From: Patescibacteria group bacterium
GTDB taxonomy: Bacteria > Patescibacteriota > Patescibacteriia > UBA10025 > JAHIVO01
DNA: 64,000 bases
Direction of reading: 5' to 3'
NCBI GenBank assembly: GCA_028718605.1
Contig: JAQULM010000002.1
Span: 321,776-385,775, forward strand
In this document: in pieces, positions 29,323-39,145 of the stretch
How the letters are laid out: each line of letters begins with the position of its first letter
Numbering within the stretch: position 1 is the stretch's first letter
The notes under the pieces: generated by a model
What the model was told of the DNA's origin: nothing
Seen by the model: only the letters and a program-made list of their open reading frames with translations
Database searches by the model: none
Position numbers and translations under genes: made by a program

Positions 29323-30782
29323 CGCGATTTGCCGTCAGAAAATTGTATGCCAAACCGAAGCCGTGGGGCCGCCAAAACAGCTGCATAGTACATCCCCACA
29401 AGCACCCAAAAGAGAGTATTCGCCAGAAGATTGCCGTCAAGGTAAAAAGCAAACCCGCTCAATGTCAGTATGAGAATAATCGGAAAATGGCGGGGATTTC
29501 CGGCAAGGAGCAGGAGCGGAAATAACCAAATGGTATACCATATATTAAACATATTCGCAACGAATGAGAGCGCTAGTGCAATAATCCAAAAATAACGCCG
29601 GATAAAAACACCGCGTTCGGCGATACGCGGCCAAAATAATACCACGGCGTATGCTGCTCCGAATACCACGAGATATAACATCAAGAGGGTATCCTTGCTT
29701 GCCGGTGGGGAATTAAATACATCACCAATGGTCTGCACGACCCCATTAATAACGCTCTTGAAAAACGTCAGCTTATAATTCGCGACATACGCACGGCCGA
29801 GGTTGCCGACATTCGCGGAAAAATTGTGAAATGGCAAATACAATACCGCAATGACAGCAAACGCTGCCAGAACCACCAAGCCTAATTTTACTGCCTTTTG
29901 GCGAGAGGGCATTCGGTCTTTAAGCAGCATGAGAAGGAGTACCGGGAACAGAAAAATAGTGATGAACTTCACGGCAAAGCCGGCGGCTAACATTGCTCCC
30001 GCAAGGACGTACTGGCGCCGGAGTATGAACAACGCCGACAGCAGAATAAACGCGAGCATGATGATATCGTTGTGCACATTACTCACCACTTCAAGCAGCA
30101 CGAAGGGGTTCCAGAGAAACAGCGCTGTCGCAGCATACGCATGCCGAGACGCTACCCGCAGCATAATACGAAATACGAGATACCCGCACAGGGCAAACAG
30201 GGCAACATTGAACAATCGGTAAACCGTTAACTGGGCGATGAAAGCGCTCCCGCCAATCTTGTACAGGAACATCGAGATGATTGTATACAGGGGGCCATAC
30301 ACCATCGGCGTACGCTCGCATGGAACGATGGTGCCGTAGCCGAGCTCTTCCGGCGTCGTATTGTACGGATTCACATGGTGTTCGACCGCTATTTCAGCTC
30401 GAAAAATATACCCATAAATATCCGTTGTCATGAACGGAAGCGACAGGAAAAGGATGGCCGTGAAACATATTGAAAAAAATAGAATGGTGCGGAAACGGCG
30501 CTGTGGCTCGTCCGAAGATGTCCGCAGATACAAATACACGATGCAATACACTGCGGTCATGCCAAGAAATAGCAGGACGAGCACTCCCTTCCCTGCATTG
30601 AACACGCCGGCGCAACGAAAAATATTCCCACATGCCGCCGACGTAACGATGTTGGTGGTTATTGCGTAGAGCAGAAATAAAAGGCACAGCAGGATGCCGA
30701 GCCCGACAACTGACCGGCGTGGCCACTGATAGTGGCGTAGAATTGCCGGCATAAGTGCTGTTTTGTTGAATCCACCGAGCAT
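29319..30782 (-). CDS. GT-C glycosyltransferase, MptA/MptB-like (paralog of the neighbour)
   Basis: TTDIYGY, NPY, YGPLY, WNP, HND, VKF, NIWY. Confidence 0.75.
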   Translation of the reverse strand: MLGGFNKTALMPAILRHYQWPRRSVVGLGILLCLLFLLYAITTNIVTSAACGNIFRCAGVFNAGKGVLVLLFLGMTAVYCIVYLYLRTSSDEPQRRFRTILFFSICFTAILFLSLPFMTTDIYGYIFRAEIAVEHHVNPYNTTPEELGYGTIVPCERTPMVYGPLYTIISMFLYKIGGSAFIAQLTVYRLFNVALFALCGYLVFRIMLRVASRHAYAATALFLWNPFVLLEVVSNVHNDIIMLAFILLSALFILRRQYVLAGAMLAAGFAVKFITIFLFPVLLLMLLKDRMPSRQKAVKLGLVVLAAFAVIAVLYLPFHNFSANVGNLGRAYVANYKLTFFKSVINGVVQTIGDVFNSPPASKDTLLMLYLVVFGAAYAVVLFWPRIAERGVFIRRYFWIIALALSFVANMFNIWYTIWLFPLLLLAGNPRHFPIILILTLSGFAFYLDGNLLANTLFWVLVGMYYAAVLAAPRLRFGIQFSDGKSR

Positions 30783-30870
30783 AGACTACTCTTTTCACTA
30801 TTCGTATCTCGTAACAGCCAGTATACCAACGCCCCTTCACTGCCGCAATAAAGCATTGGGCAACGACGAA

Positions 30871-32079
30871 CTACGCCGGCGTGGGTGCCCCATGCTCCGC
30901 TTGGCGGATGCGGACAAAGCGCACCATAATCAACACCATGGCAATAGCCACGAGGAGCAGCGACGCCGTTGTAAACGCCGGAGTCCAGTTCCCCCACAGC
31001 TGCCAAACCACCGGATATGCAAAATAATTTATTACGTCGTACGCGATGACGAGAGCCACTTCGTACCATCGTGGGCGGCACACAATGATGAGCGGAACAA
31101 ACCAAAGAATCCACTGCGGCGAATAAAACCGCGAACACAGCAAGAAGAGGGTGACCGCGATCACGCACCATGATATGAACTGCGCCGGCGTTTGTATGGA
31201 CTTCTTCATGCGGTGCGGGAAAAAAACAAACGCCAGCGGAACACTGGCCTGGAGCAGGAGAAAAAAGCCAAAACCGATATAATTTACTGCTGAACCGCCC
31301 AATGATTGTAGGGCAGGCGCCAGGAGAATCGAATACAGGCTACCGGTTCCTGCGGCGCGGCTCGCATGAAAAAGATACGGCTGCAACGAATATATCCCAT
31401 CCATGATGAACCCGCCAGCGAGGACCAGCGTGATCGGCACTATAAAGTATACTGCAACGTCGTTCCGAACCCTGCTGTGCACAACAGATGGCTGCTGCCG
31501 TTCATAGTACCAATACAGCGGCAATAGAATCAGCGGATACCACTTCACGAGGACTGCGCACGCGAGGATAAATAATGACAATCGGCGGCGGCGGACGATC
31601 AGAAAATAGAGGCTCGTTTGGACGAGGAATGCGATACATACGTCAAAACGGCTGAATGTAAAATACAGCATGGACGGGAGTACCAGCAGCATGATAAGCC
31701 ACGGAGACCCTCCGAGGTGCTTGATCAGTTTATATGAAGACACGATCAAGCCGACCGCGCACAGGAGGTTCATGGTAATCAAAATCGTGCGGTAGCCGAG
31801 GTAGTCGGCCGTCGCGAGGAATGGCAGGGTTATGTACGCCAAGCCAAGCTGCGGGTATTCTTGGAATGAATCCTTGCCGTACGGCGTTACGTCCTGGGGC
31901 AGCCAGCTGCCGCGCGTATAAAAAACCGTCAGTTCGTTGTCGTCACGCACTCCGCGAAAATCTCCCATTGGCGTCGATACCTTCTCGGGCACGAAATGGA
32001 CGGCAAATGACGCGCCGGCGCAAACGACAACGGCGATAAGCACCACTATTTTTCCGTGTGATCGCAACCACATACGCAT
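30871..32079 (-). CDS. GT87-like GT-C glycosyltransferase
   Basis: EYPQL, RFD, KWYP, SPQWILW. Start moved to MRMW at 32079, next to the upstream stop. Confidence 0.72.
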   Translation of the reverse strand: MRMWLRSHGKIVVLIAVVVCAGASFAVHFVPEKVSTPMGDFRGVRDDNELTVFYTRGSWLPQDVTPYGKDSFQEYPQLGLAYITLPFLATADYLGYRTILITMNLLCAVGLIVSSYKLIKHLGGSPWLIMLLVLPSMLYFTFSRFDVCIAFLVQTSLYFLIVRRRRLSLFILACAVLVKWYPLILLPLYWYYERQQPSVVHSRVRNDVAVYFIVPITLVLAGGFIMDGIYSLQPYLFHASRAAGTGSLYSILLAPALQSLGGSAVNYIGFGFFLLLQASVPLAFVFFPHRMKKSIQTPAQFISWCVIAVTLFLLCSRFYSPQWILWFVPLIIVCRPRWYEVALVIAYDVINYFAYPVVWQLWGNWTPAFTTASLLLVAIAMVLIMVRFVRIRQAEHGAPTPA

Positions 32080-32080
32080 A

Positions 32081-33658
32081 TCAATCCAACACCCGATAAA
32101 TGGTAGCTTCAGCGTCCCGATATGCCTCCGCGAACCCACCGTCATTCTCGATTGCCTGCTCCATGCCCCGGTGGTTTGACTCCACGAATACGTACGATGC
32201 GCCGAATTTTCCTCGGATATCATCGTGCAGGTTCTCCGTTTGGGTGCCGATCGTGATGTCAACCATGCGGCGGTACAAATCGTGGCTGTACTCGTACGTG
32301 AACGTCGGGTCCAGCCCTGCAATATAGTAATTCTGGGAATTAAAATAAAACAGTATAGGAAACTCATCCCAGCTTGAGTGGAATACAATTTCGCCTTTTT
32401 GGGTATTTTCCTTGAGCCATGTGGCCGCTTTCTGGAAACGCGTCAGCGGAATTCCGCCCTGGTAGTCCCGGTACGTGCCGCGGATATCCTTCGCGGCGAG
32501 TGCGGGAACCATGACCGCAAAATAAACAATGAGAATTGTCGCTATCACGCGGTAGCGGGAATACCAGCTCACTATATTCCGGCCGATCGCACGCCATGCA
32601 TACTGCCCGACGAGCTGGTGGATGGCAAACGCTTCGAACAGGATAGCGAACGGCACATAGTACTCCACGTACCGCCGTGATTTGAGGGTGAATACAAGCA
32701 GAAGTAAAAAAATCCCGAAAAGCGTCAAAACTTTTTTCGAAAGCCGGTGGCGGTTGACGACCATCAAAACGAACGCAACTACGAGGAGCACCGTGACTAA
32801 CGCAGTACCCGCCGTCAGGTCAACAAATTTATACGGGTACCATTCGTTCCCCACGGAAATCACTTTCTGGTAGTTAATAATGCCGATTTTGATGAGCTGG
32901 TTCCAATAGAACGACAAGTTGTGAGGGAAATACGGGTTCACGATAATGCCAGCGATGACGCCAGCGAGAGACGCGAAAAAAAGCTTCACGTCGCGGCTAT
33001 GGCCGATGATTGAAAAAAAAGTGCGATGCTGCAAGTTCCGCACCCAATCATACGCAATGCCCACGAACGCATAAATACCGGCAAAGATTACGATGAGGAT
33101 AAATCCACCATACGCCCATACGTAAAAAAAGGAGAGCAAAAACAGCGCACGGTAGCGGTACTGAAAAATTACATGCAGCCCAATAAGCAAGAATAGGATA
33201 GAAAACGCGGGTGCCTTCACGAGATTCACGCGGAACATGAATGGCATTGTCACGAGTAAAATCAACGAATAAACGAACGCAAACCGCACATGGTACCGGC
33301 GCAGCATGAAATAAAAAACCATTACGAGGAGGGATGTCAACACGACATTCGCGAACTTCGCGCCCCACAGCGGCCCAAGCGCCATTTCAAATGGGACAAG
33401 AAACACGTGGTACAAAAAATGCTGGTCAATGTAGTGGTCTCGGATGACGGAAACCTGGAGCCAGGGAAATGTCTTGATGATGCCATCCGACCGGATAATC
33501 TGCGCCATCTTCGCGTGGTAAAAAGAGTCTGGGTCTGGAAACGACGGGACTGACTGGAATATCGCGCACAAGGTCGTTGCGACGACTAACAAAACACAGG
33601 CGGCGACCACCCACCCGTATTTCTTGAAAAATACCAAAGCTTGTTGCCTTGAAATCAT
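32081..33658 (-). CDS. STT3/AglB-like GT-C membrane protein (degenerate WWD motif)
   Basis: DPDSFYH, SVGNEW, RRY..Y, WLKENT....VFHSSWDEFP. Start placed at MISR (33658), 6 nt after TATAAT. Confidence 0.65.
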   Translation of the reverse strand: MISRQQALVFFKKYGWVVAACVLLVVATTLCAIFQSVPSFPDPDSFYHAKMAQIIRSDGIIKTFPWLQVSVIRDHYIDQHFLYHVFLVPFEMALGPLWGAKFANVVLTSLLVMVFYFMLRRYHVRFAFVYSLILLVTMPFMFRVNLVKAPAFSILFLLIGLHVIFQYRYRALFLLSFFYVWAYGGFILIVIFAGIYAFVGIAYDWVRNLQHRTFFSIIGHSRDVKLFFASLAGVIAGIIVNPYFPHNLSFYWNQLIKIGIINYQKVISVGNEWYPYKFVDLTAGTALVTVLLVVAFVLMVVNRHRLSKKVLTLFGIFLLLLVFTLKSRRYVEYYVPFAILFEAFAIHQLVGQYAWRAIGRNIVSWYSRYRVIATILIVYFAVMVPALAAKDIRGTYRDYQGGIPLTRFQKAATWLKENTQKGEIVFHSSWDEFPILFYFNSQNYYIAGLDPTFTYEYSHDLYRRMVDITIGTQTENLHDDIRGKFGASYVFVESNHRGMEQAIENDGGFAEAYRDAEATIYRVLD

Positions 33659-33700
33659 GGGTGCATTATACCATTTTTCGCGTATAACTCGAAGGAATAG

Positions 33701-33841
33701 TGCGTTATCCACACCGCCCAGCAAGACGCTGGTCAGCATAACATTTCGTGGGTTGCTGACGAGCACTCCTCGGGCGTCTACTTCTACCGGATACAAACGC
33801 CTGAGGCAACACAGACAAAGAAGATGCTCTTACTCAAGTAG
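33701..33841 (+). pseudogene. Start-less relic encoding a T9SS type-A C-terminal sorting domain
   Basis: After an in-frame TAG (33698-33700) the frame reads CVIHTAQQDAGQHNISWVADEHSSGVYFYRIQTPEATQTKKMLLLK*. Confidence 0.75.
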
Positions 33842-33887
33842 AGCATGCCTTCTTCCCCAAGACATACCTACCGATTCCAAGAAAACA

Positions 33888-33921
33888 CCGGATTCATCCC
33901 CTGGATCCGGCGTTCTTTATT
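33888..33921 (+). terminator. Hairpin/terminator downstream of the T9SS-CTD relic
   Basis: CCGGATTCA/TGGATCCGG stem followed by CGTTCTTTATT. Confidence 0.5.
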
Positions 33922-33942
33922 GGGGTAATTTTCCGAGTGCGA

Positions 33943-33979
33943 AATAAAAAATCCCCACCAAGCATGGGGGCGGGGATTT
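33943..33979 (-). terminator. Terminator of pgi/pmi
   Basis: AAATCCCCACC/GGCGGGGATTT stem with an A-tract on the left (U-tract on the - strand). Confidence 0.6.
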
Positions 33980-33995
33980 ACGGACTCGCGATTAG

Positions 33996-35069
33996 TTATT
34001 TTGCGAGCTGTTCCTTGAAAAAATCCACGTACGGGACCGGCGTCGGGTTGAGCCGGTTGGAGAGCGCCAGATAGTAGTTCATATAGCTGCCGAAGAGGAG
34101 AATTTCCAGGACTTGCTCTATGGGTGTACGGCCAGCCGCAATATAACTGGCAAAAGAAATCTTGTTTTTCAGGAGCACTTTCTTGGTAATGGCAAAACGC
34201 CGCTGTATCTTCGGCAAATACAGGCGGGACTCGATAAATAAAAATTTCAAAACGCTGCGATTCGCGCGAGGCAATTTCAGGCCTTCCATCAGGTGGTGGT
34301 TTAATTCCGGAATCAGAAAGTAGGAGGAAAATACTTTGCTGTTTTCGTTGATCTGGTTGGCGAAGACGTGGGCATTGCCCGAAAGATGATCGGCACCGAC
34401 GATAATCGGGATGCGGCCGGCGAATGCGCGCGCTGTTTGTTTCGCTCCATTCTTGCGCAGCGGCACTTTTGCGCCGAATCGACGGTGCAGGGCGACAATT
34501 TTCTGGACTGCCTCCTTGAACTCGCCCTCAGCCAGTTTCAGCAAACCGCTCCGCCGGAGCAGGACAATCTGCCCAATAACCGAATAGCCCAATCCCATGC
34601 GCGGCTGGTTGCAGGGATTAAACTGGGGAACGAAAAAATATCCCGGCACGCGGTACTTCTGTGCCAATCGGGCGAGTTTTGAATTCGCCATGCAAATAAC
34701 CATCAGCTTCGCTTTCCGCCGGCGCGCTTCAGCAAATGTCGACAGGGGCTCCTCCGTCGTGCCTGAATAGCTAGAAATGATGTAGAGCGTTGTGCGATCT
34801 ACAAAACCGGGCAACGAGTAATGATTTATTATCTTGATGGGCACTTTCAACGCCGTTCCGAACAAAGACTCGATAATATGCCCACCGAGGGCAGAGCCTC
34901 CCATGCCGTTGATAAGTATATTTTTTACCTGGCGGTAGGTACGTGGGATTTTTACCATGTTCGCCTCTTCCCATGCCTGCCTGCACTGCAAGCCGAGTGA
35001 CTCGATTGATTGGAGCAGGTTTGATTTGTCGTACCGCCGGTACTGACTTGTGGAGTCGAGCAAATTCAT
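33996..35069 (-). CDS. Bifunctional phosphoglucose/phosphomannose isomerase (SIS family)
   Basis: GMGGSALGG, SSYSGTTEE, QPRMG, QINENSK, PELNHH. Confidence 0.88.
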   Translation of the reverse strand: MNLLDSTSQYRRYDKSNLLQSIESLGLQCRQAWEEANMVKIPRTYRQVKNILINGMGGSALGGHIIESLFGTALKVPIKIINHYSLPGFVDRTTLYIISSYSGTTEEPLSTFAEARRRKAKLMVICMANSKLARLAQKYRVPGYFFVPQFNPCNQPRMGLGYSVIGQIVLLRRSGLLKLAEGEFKEAVQKIVALHRRFGAKVPLRKNGAKQTARAFAGRIPIIVGADHLSGNAHVFANQINENSKVFSSYFLIPELNHHLMEGLKLPRANRSVLKFLFIESRLYLPKIQRRFAITKKVLLKNKISFASYIAAGRTPIEQVLEILLFGSYMNYYLALSNRLNPTPVPYVDFFKEQLAK

Positions 35070-35193
35070 AGTGTTTGTTTAAAATTGTACATCCATTATA
35101 CGGTATTGGGAACAATAAAACAAATTTGAAATTTTGCTTAAAATATGGTATATTGAATGGCGAACGGGTGTATTTTTTTATGTAAAATATCAT

Positions 35194-35919
35194 ATGTCTG
35201 GACACTCAAAGTGGAGGCAAATCAAACGCCAGAAAGCCGTCACTGACAACAAACGCGGTAACCTTTTTACAAAGCTCGCGAATGGAATCTCGATCGCCGC
35301 CAAACGCGGCGGGAAAGATCCCACCATGAATTTCCAGCTGCGCATGGCTATCGATAAGGCGAAAGCAGGCAATATGCCGAATGAAAACATCGAACGGGCG
35401 ATCAAACGCGGTGCCGGCGAACTTGCCGGCGCGGCCATCGAGGAAGTGACATACGAAGGCTTTGGCCCGGGCGGAACTGCAATCATCATCCAGACTGCAA
35501 CCGACAATAAAAACCGCACGGCGGGCACTATCAGGAGCACGCTGACGAAATTTGGCGGTAACCTCGGCGGCAGCGGAAGTGTTCAGTGGATGTTCCAGCA
35601 GCGTGCTGTTATCCGCATTGCGCGCGAACAGATCACTGACCGCGATGCGCTCGAACTGGCGCTCATCGACGCAGGCGCGGACGACATTGCCGACGAAACA
35701 GAAGGCATAACAGTCTATGCGAGCCCGGAACGGTTTGCTGGCATCAAAGCGGCCTTAGAACAATCGAACATCCAGACGGCCTCGGCCGATATCGAGCTTG
35801 TGCCGCAGAATAAAGTTGCCCTCCCGAACGAACGCGCTGCTGAGCGGCTCAATGAACTGCTCGAAGAGCTTGAACAAAATGACGACGTAAGCAACTACTT
35901 CACCAATGCAGATGCCTAA
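35194..35919 (+). CDS. yebC: YebC/PmpR family protein
   Basis: MSGHSKW, YEGFGPGG, TDNKNRT, DDVSNYFTN. Confidence 0.95.
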   Translation: MSGHSKWRQIKRQKAVTDNKRGNLFTKLANGISIAAKRGGKDPTMNFQLRMAIDKAKAGNMPNENIERAIKRGAGELAGAAIEEVTYEGFGPGGTAIIIQTATDNKNRTAGTIRSTLTKFGGNLGGSGSVQWMFQQRAVIRIAREQITDRDALELALIDAGADDIADETEGITVYASPERFAGIKAALEQSNIQTASADIELVPQNKVALPNERAAERLNELLEELEQNDDVSNYFTNADA

Positions 35920-36406
35920 ACGGCGGATTATCATGGGCATTGACCCCGGCTTCGCAATCACCGGCTACGGAATCATCCAGCTGTCCAAACACACCGTTTC
36001 CCCCGTGCAGTATGGCGCCATTACGTCGTCCGCACGAGAACCGTACGGACAGCGGCTCGAGAAACTGTACCGCGAGCTCACCACGGTAATCAAACGTTAT
36101 AAGCCCGATACGATTGCGGTTGAAAAGCTCTTCTTCTCAAAAAACGTAACGACCGCGCTGAAGGTTGGGGAAGCGCGGGGCATCGCAATGCTTGCCGCAT
36201 CGCAGAGCGGTGCAGCGATACTCGAATTTACTCCCCTGCAGATTAAACAGGCAATGACAGGATACGGCCGCGCTGGAAAAGCCCAAATCCAAAAAATGGT
36301 TGAGCAGTCGCTCTGCCTGGGGCGGTGCCCGAAGCCTGACGATATCGCTGACGCACTCGCAATTGCGATCTGCGGTGCTTACACAAAAGACTTTTCACGC
36401 GAGTAA
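35912..36406 (+). CDS. ruvC: Holliday junction resolvase
   Basis: MGIDPG, AVEKLFF, TGYGRAGKAQ, DDIADALAIA. Follows yebC. Confidence 0.95.
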   Translation: MPKRRIIMGIDPGFAITGYGIIQLSKHTVSPVQYGAITSSAREPYGQRLEKLYRELTTVIKRYKPDTIAVEKLFFSKNVTTALKVGEARGIAMLAASQSGAAILEFTPLQIKQAMTGYGRAGKAQIQKMVEQSLCLGRCPKPDDIADALAIAICGAYTKDFSRE

Positions 36407-36408
36407 CC

Positions 36409-37905
36409 ATGGCAAAAACACTCCGCATCGCAAGCATATCATCAGAGGTTTCCCCCTACTCCAAAACTGGCGGCTTAGCTGACGTGACGAAGGCGCTCTC
36501 AAAAGCGCTTTCGAACCACGGCCACAAGGTTTCGGTAGTAACGCCGTTCTACAAATTCATCAAAGATCAGGACCTCAATCTAAAACGGGTGAAGGAAACC
36601 GCGACGGTGGTCGTCGGACGGCAAAAATTTCCCGTTTCGTATCTCAGGTTGGATGTCAACCCAAACCTGGCTATTTTCTTTGTGGTCATTGATGCCCTCT
36701 TTACGAAACGCTCAAATGTATATGGATACCCAGATGACAACCTGCGGTTTCTCGTTTTTAATATCGCCGCATTGAGATTTCTCGACAACTTGACGCCACG
36801 CCGCGACATCATCCACTGCCATGATTGGCAGGCGGGCTTGGTCCCGTACTTCCTCACAAAATACCCACAGCGGTTCCAGTCGCTCCGGCGATCTGCAACC
36901 GTATTCACCATCCATAATCTCACATTCCAATCCGGCAAGAATTGGTGGAGCATCCCAAAACGATCACGCGATGACGGAAAATTCGACCCACTGAAAAATC
37001 CGGCAAAAATCCGATTCCTCAATTTTACGAAACGTGGAATACTATACGCCGATACGATCAATACGGTCAGCGAACGGTACGCGGAAGAAATTTTGACACC
37101 GGAGTACGGCCAAGGCTTGGATAAGTGCCTCCGAGCTCGCAAAACAAACCTGTACGGCATCATTAACGGCATTGATTATACGATACATAATCCGGCTTTT
37201 GATGGGAATATCCGATTCAAATACGACTGGAATAGCCTCGGCCGCAAGAAAAAAAATAAGCTTGAGCTGCAAAAAATCGTCGGTATCGAACAGAACCCGG
37301 AGATTCCCCTGATCGGCGTCGTCAATCGGCTCACGGAGCAGAAAGGCTTCCGTCTTATCATGGAAACCTTCGAGGTGCTCATGCGCATGCCATTGCAAAT
37401 TGTTATTCTCGGGAGCGGTTTTCTTGAGTACATCACGTTTTTCAAAAAAATGGCGCGCACGTACCCGCGGCGGTTCGCATTCTTCACGCCTTTTTCAGAA
37501 CAAATGGAATCAAAAATTTATGCCGGATCGGACATGTTCCTCATGCCGTCGCGGTTTGAGCCATGCGGAATTTCCCAGCTGAAAAGCTTGCGGTACGGAT
37601 CCATACCGATCGTGCACGAAACCGGCGGCCTCTCTGACACGATCACGAATTACAGCCCCCGCACCCGAAAAGGAAACGGCTTTGTTTTCAAAAAATACGC
37701 TCCTGAGGACTTCCTCATAACGATTGCCCGGGCTCTTGAAAATTACAAATACTCGCAGGCGTGGGAATACCTCGTCTGGTCGTCCATGCAGCAAACCTAC
37801 TCGTGGGAATTGCCCGCACGAAAATATCTGCTCCTCTACTCTCGCGCGATAAAAACCAGGCCAAAAAACCGAACTACATTAATTATCCCCCACCAACACG
37901 AATGA
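36409..37905 (+). CDS. glgA: Glycogen synthase (GT5), copy 1
   Basis: KTGGLADV, HCHDWQ, TIHNL, PSRFEPCG, TGGL. Confidence 0.92.
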   Translation: MAKTLRIASISSEVSPYSKTGGLADVTKALSKALSNHGHKVSVVTPFYKFIKDQDLNLKRVKETATVVVGRQKFPVSYLRLDVNPNLAIFFVVIDALFTKRSNVYGYPDDNLRFLVFNIAALRFLDNLTPRRDIIHCHDWQAGLVPYFLTKYPQRFQSLRRSATVFTIHNLTFQSGKNWWSIPKRSRDDGKFDPLKNPAKIRFLNFTKRGILYADTINTVSERYAEEILTPEYGQGLDKCLRARKTNLYGIINGIDYTIHNPAFDGNIRFKYDWNSLGRKKKNKLELQKIVGIEQNPEIPLIGVVNRLTEQKGFRLIMETFEVLMRMPLQIVILGSGFLEYITFFKKMARTYPRRFAFFTPFSEQMESKIYAGSDMFLMPSRFEPCGISQLKSLRYGSIPIVHETGGLSDTITNYSPRTRKGNGFVFKKYAPEDFLITIARALENYKYSQAWEYLVWSSMQQTYSWELPARKYLLLYSRAIKTRPKNRTTLIIPHQHE

Positions 37906-39131
37906 TTTGGGCAAATTTTTTCCATATTTACCAGCCGCCGAATTGGCCACCCGCAATCATAAAAAAGGTTGCGGACGAAAGCTATCGTCCGTTTCTTGAT
38001 ATCCTGAAACGCCACCCGTCCCTCAAGGTTACGCTGAATATTTCTGGCTCACTTACCGAGCAGCTCGCCCAGCACAAGCTCCACGACATTATACTGGACA
38101 TCAAACGTCTCGCGACACTCAAGCAGATAGAATTCACCGGCACGGCGATCTACCACCCAATATTGCCGCTGATCCCCACTGAGGAAATCGTTCGGCAAAT
38201 TGAGTTGAATACGGCGGTGAACCAGAAATATTTCGGCCATATATACAAACCGACGGGCTTCTATCCGCCGGAAATGGCGTACGGACGCAAAGCCGCGCTC
38301 ACCATTCAGCCTCTCGGCTTCAAGTGGATCATCGCTGACGAAATAAGCAGCGCCGGAAAACTCGGCCGCACCAGATTCGACCGCCGATACCATATCATCA
38401 ACACGTCCATCGACATTATTTTCAGGAATCGCGCGATTAGCGATTACTTCGCTTTCCATGCAAACCCGAGCAACCCGGGAGGATTCTGGGATGCTATCCG
38501 CGACGATAACCGCAGTGCGCAGGCGCTTGTTACCGGAATGGACGGTGAAAACCTTGGCCACCACCGAAAGGGATGGGATGCTTTTTGGGAACAGCTGGTC
38601 ACTGCCCAACGCGTACAGACAGTCACGATAAGCGAGCTTCTTGCGCGGTACCAAAAAAGAGAAACCATCAGTCCGCGCCGCGCAAGCTGGTCTTCCCAGG
38701 AACGCGAAATCGAACAAGGAAGCCCCTATGTACTCTGGGATGACCCCCATAATCCAATCCACGAACTGCAGTGGCGGCTTCTCAGGCATGTTACTTCGCT
38801 CGTCGAGGAGCAGAAACAGAACCCGCTCTATATGAAAGCCCGGGAATTGCTTGATCGCCAGCTCTCCTCGGACCAATTTTGGTGGGCATCGGCAAAACCG
38901 TGGTGGAGTCTCGACATTATCAAGCGTGAAACAAAGGAGCTCGTCCGTATTGCCCAATATATTAATGAGAAAGACACGCTGACGTACGAATTGTCCCATA
39001 TGATACTCACAACCGCCAAGTCGTGGCAAGATGAAAATAAATTCGAAATAACCGCCAACGAATACCTCAATGCGAATGGGGACACCGGTGTCCGGTATAT
39101 CGGCGGCCGGATGATATCTGCGAATAAATAA
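37902..39131 (+). CDS. Glycoside hydrolase family 57
   Basis: HIYQP, PPEMAY (nucleophile Glu), MDGENLGHH (acid/base Asp), SSDQFWW. Start at the ATG at 37902. Confidence 0.88.
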   Translation: MIWANFFHIYQPPNWPPAIIKKVADESYRPFLDILKRHPSLKVTLNISGSLTEQLAQHKLHDIILDIKRLATLKQIEFTGTAIYHPILPLIPTEEIVRQIELNTAVNQKYFGHIYKPTGFYPPEMAYGRKAALTIQPLGFKWIIADEISSAGKLGRTRFDRRYHIINTSIDIIFRNRAISDYFAFHANPSNPGGFWDAIRDDNRSAQALVTGMDGENLGHHRKGWDAFWEQLVTAQRVQTVTISELLARYQKRETISPRRASWSSQEREIEQGSPYVLWDDPHNPIHELQWRLLRHVTSLVEEQKQNPLYMKARELLDRQLSSDQFWWASAKPWWSLDIIKRETKELVRIAQYINEKDTLTYELSHMILTTAKSWQDENKFEITANEYLNANGDTGVRYIGGRMISANK

Positions 39132-39145
39132 TTAATACTACGATC

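Noticed and set aside
33705-33713. Perfect DnaA box TTATCCACA
   Set aside because: A single box 18 kb from the origin with no cluster. A lone 9-mer is plausible by chance.
38049-39029. 326-aa minus-strand ORF
   Set aside because: Antisense shadow of GH57
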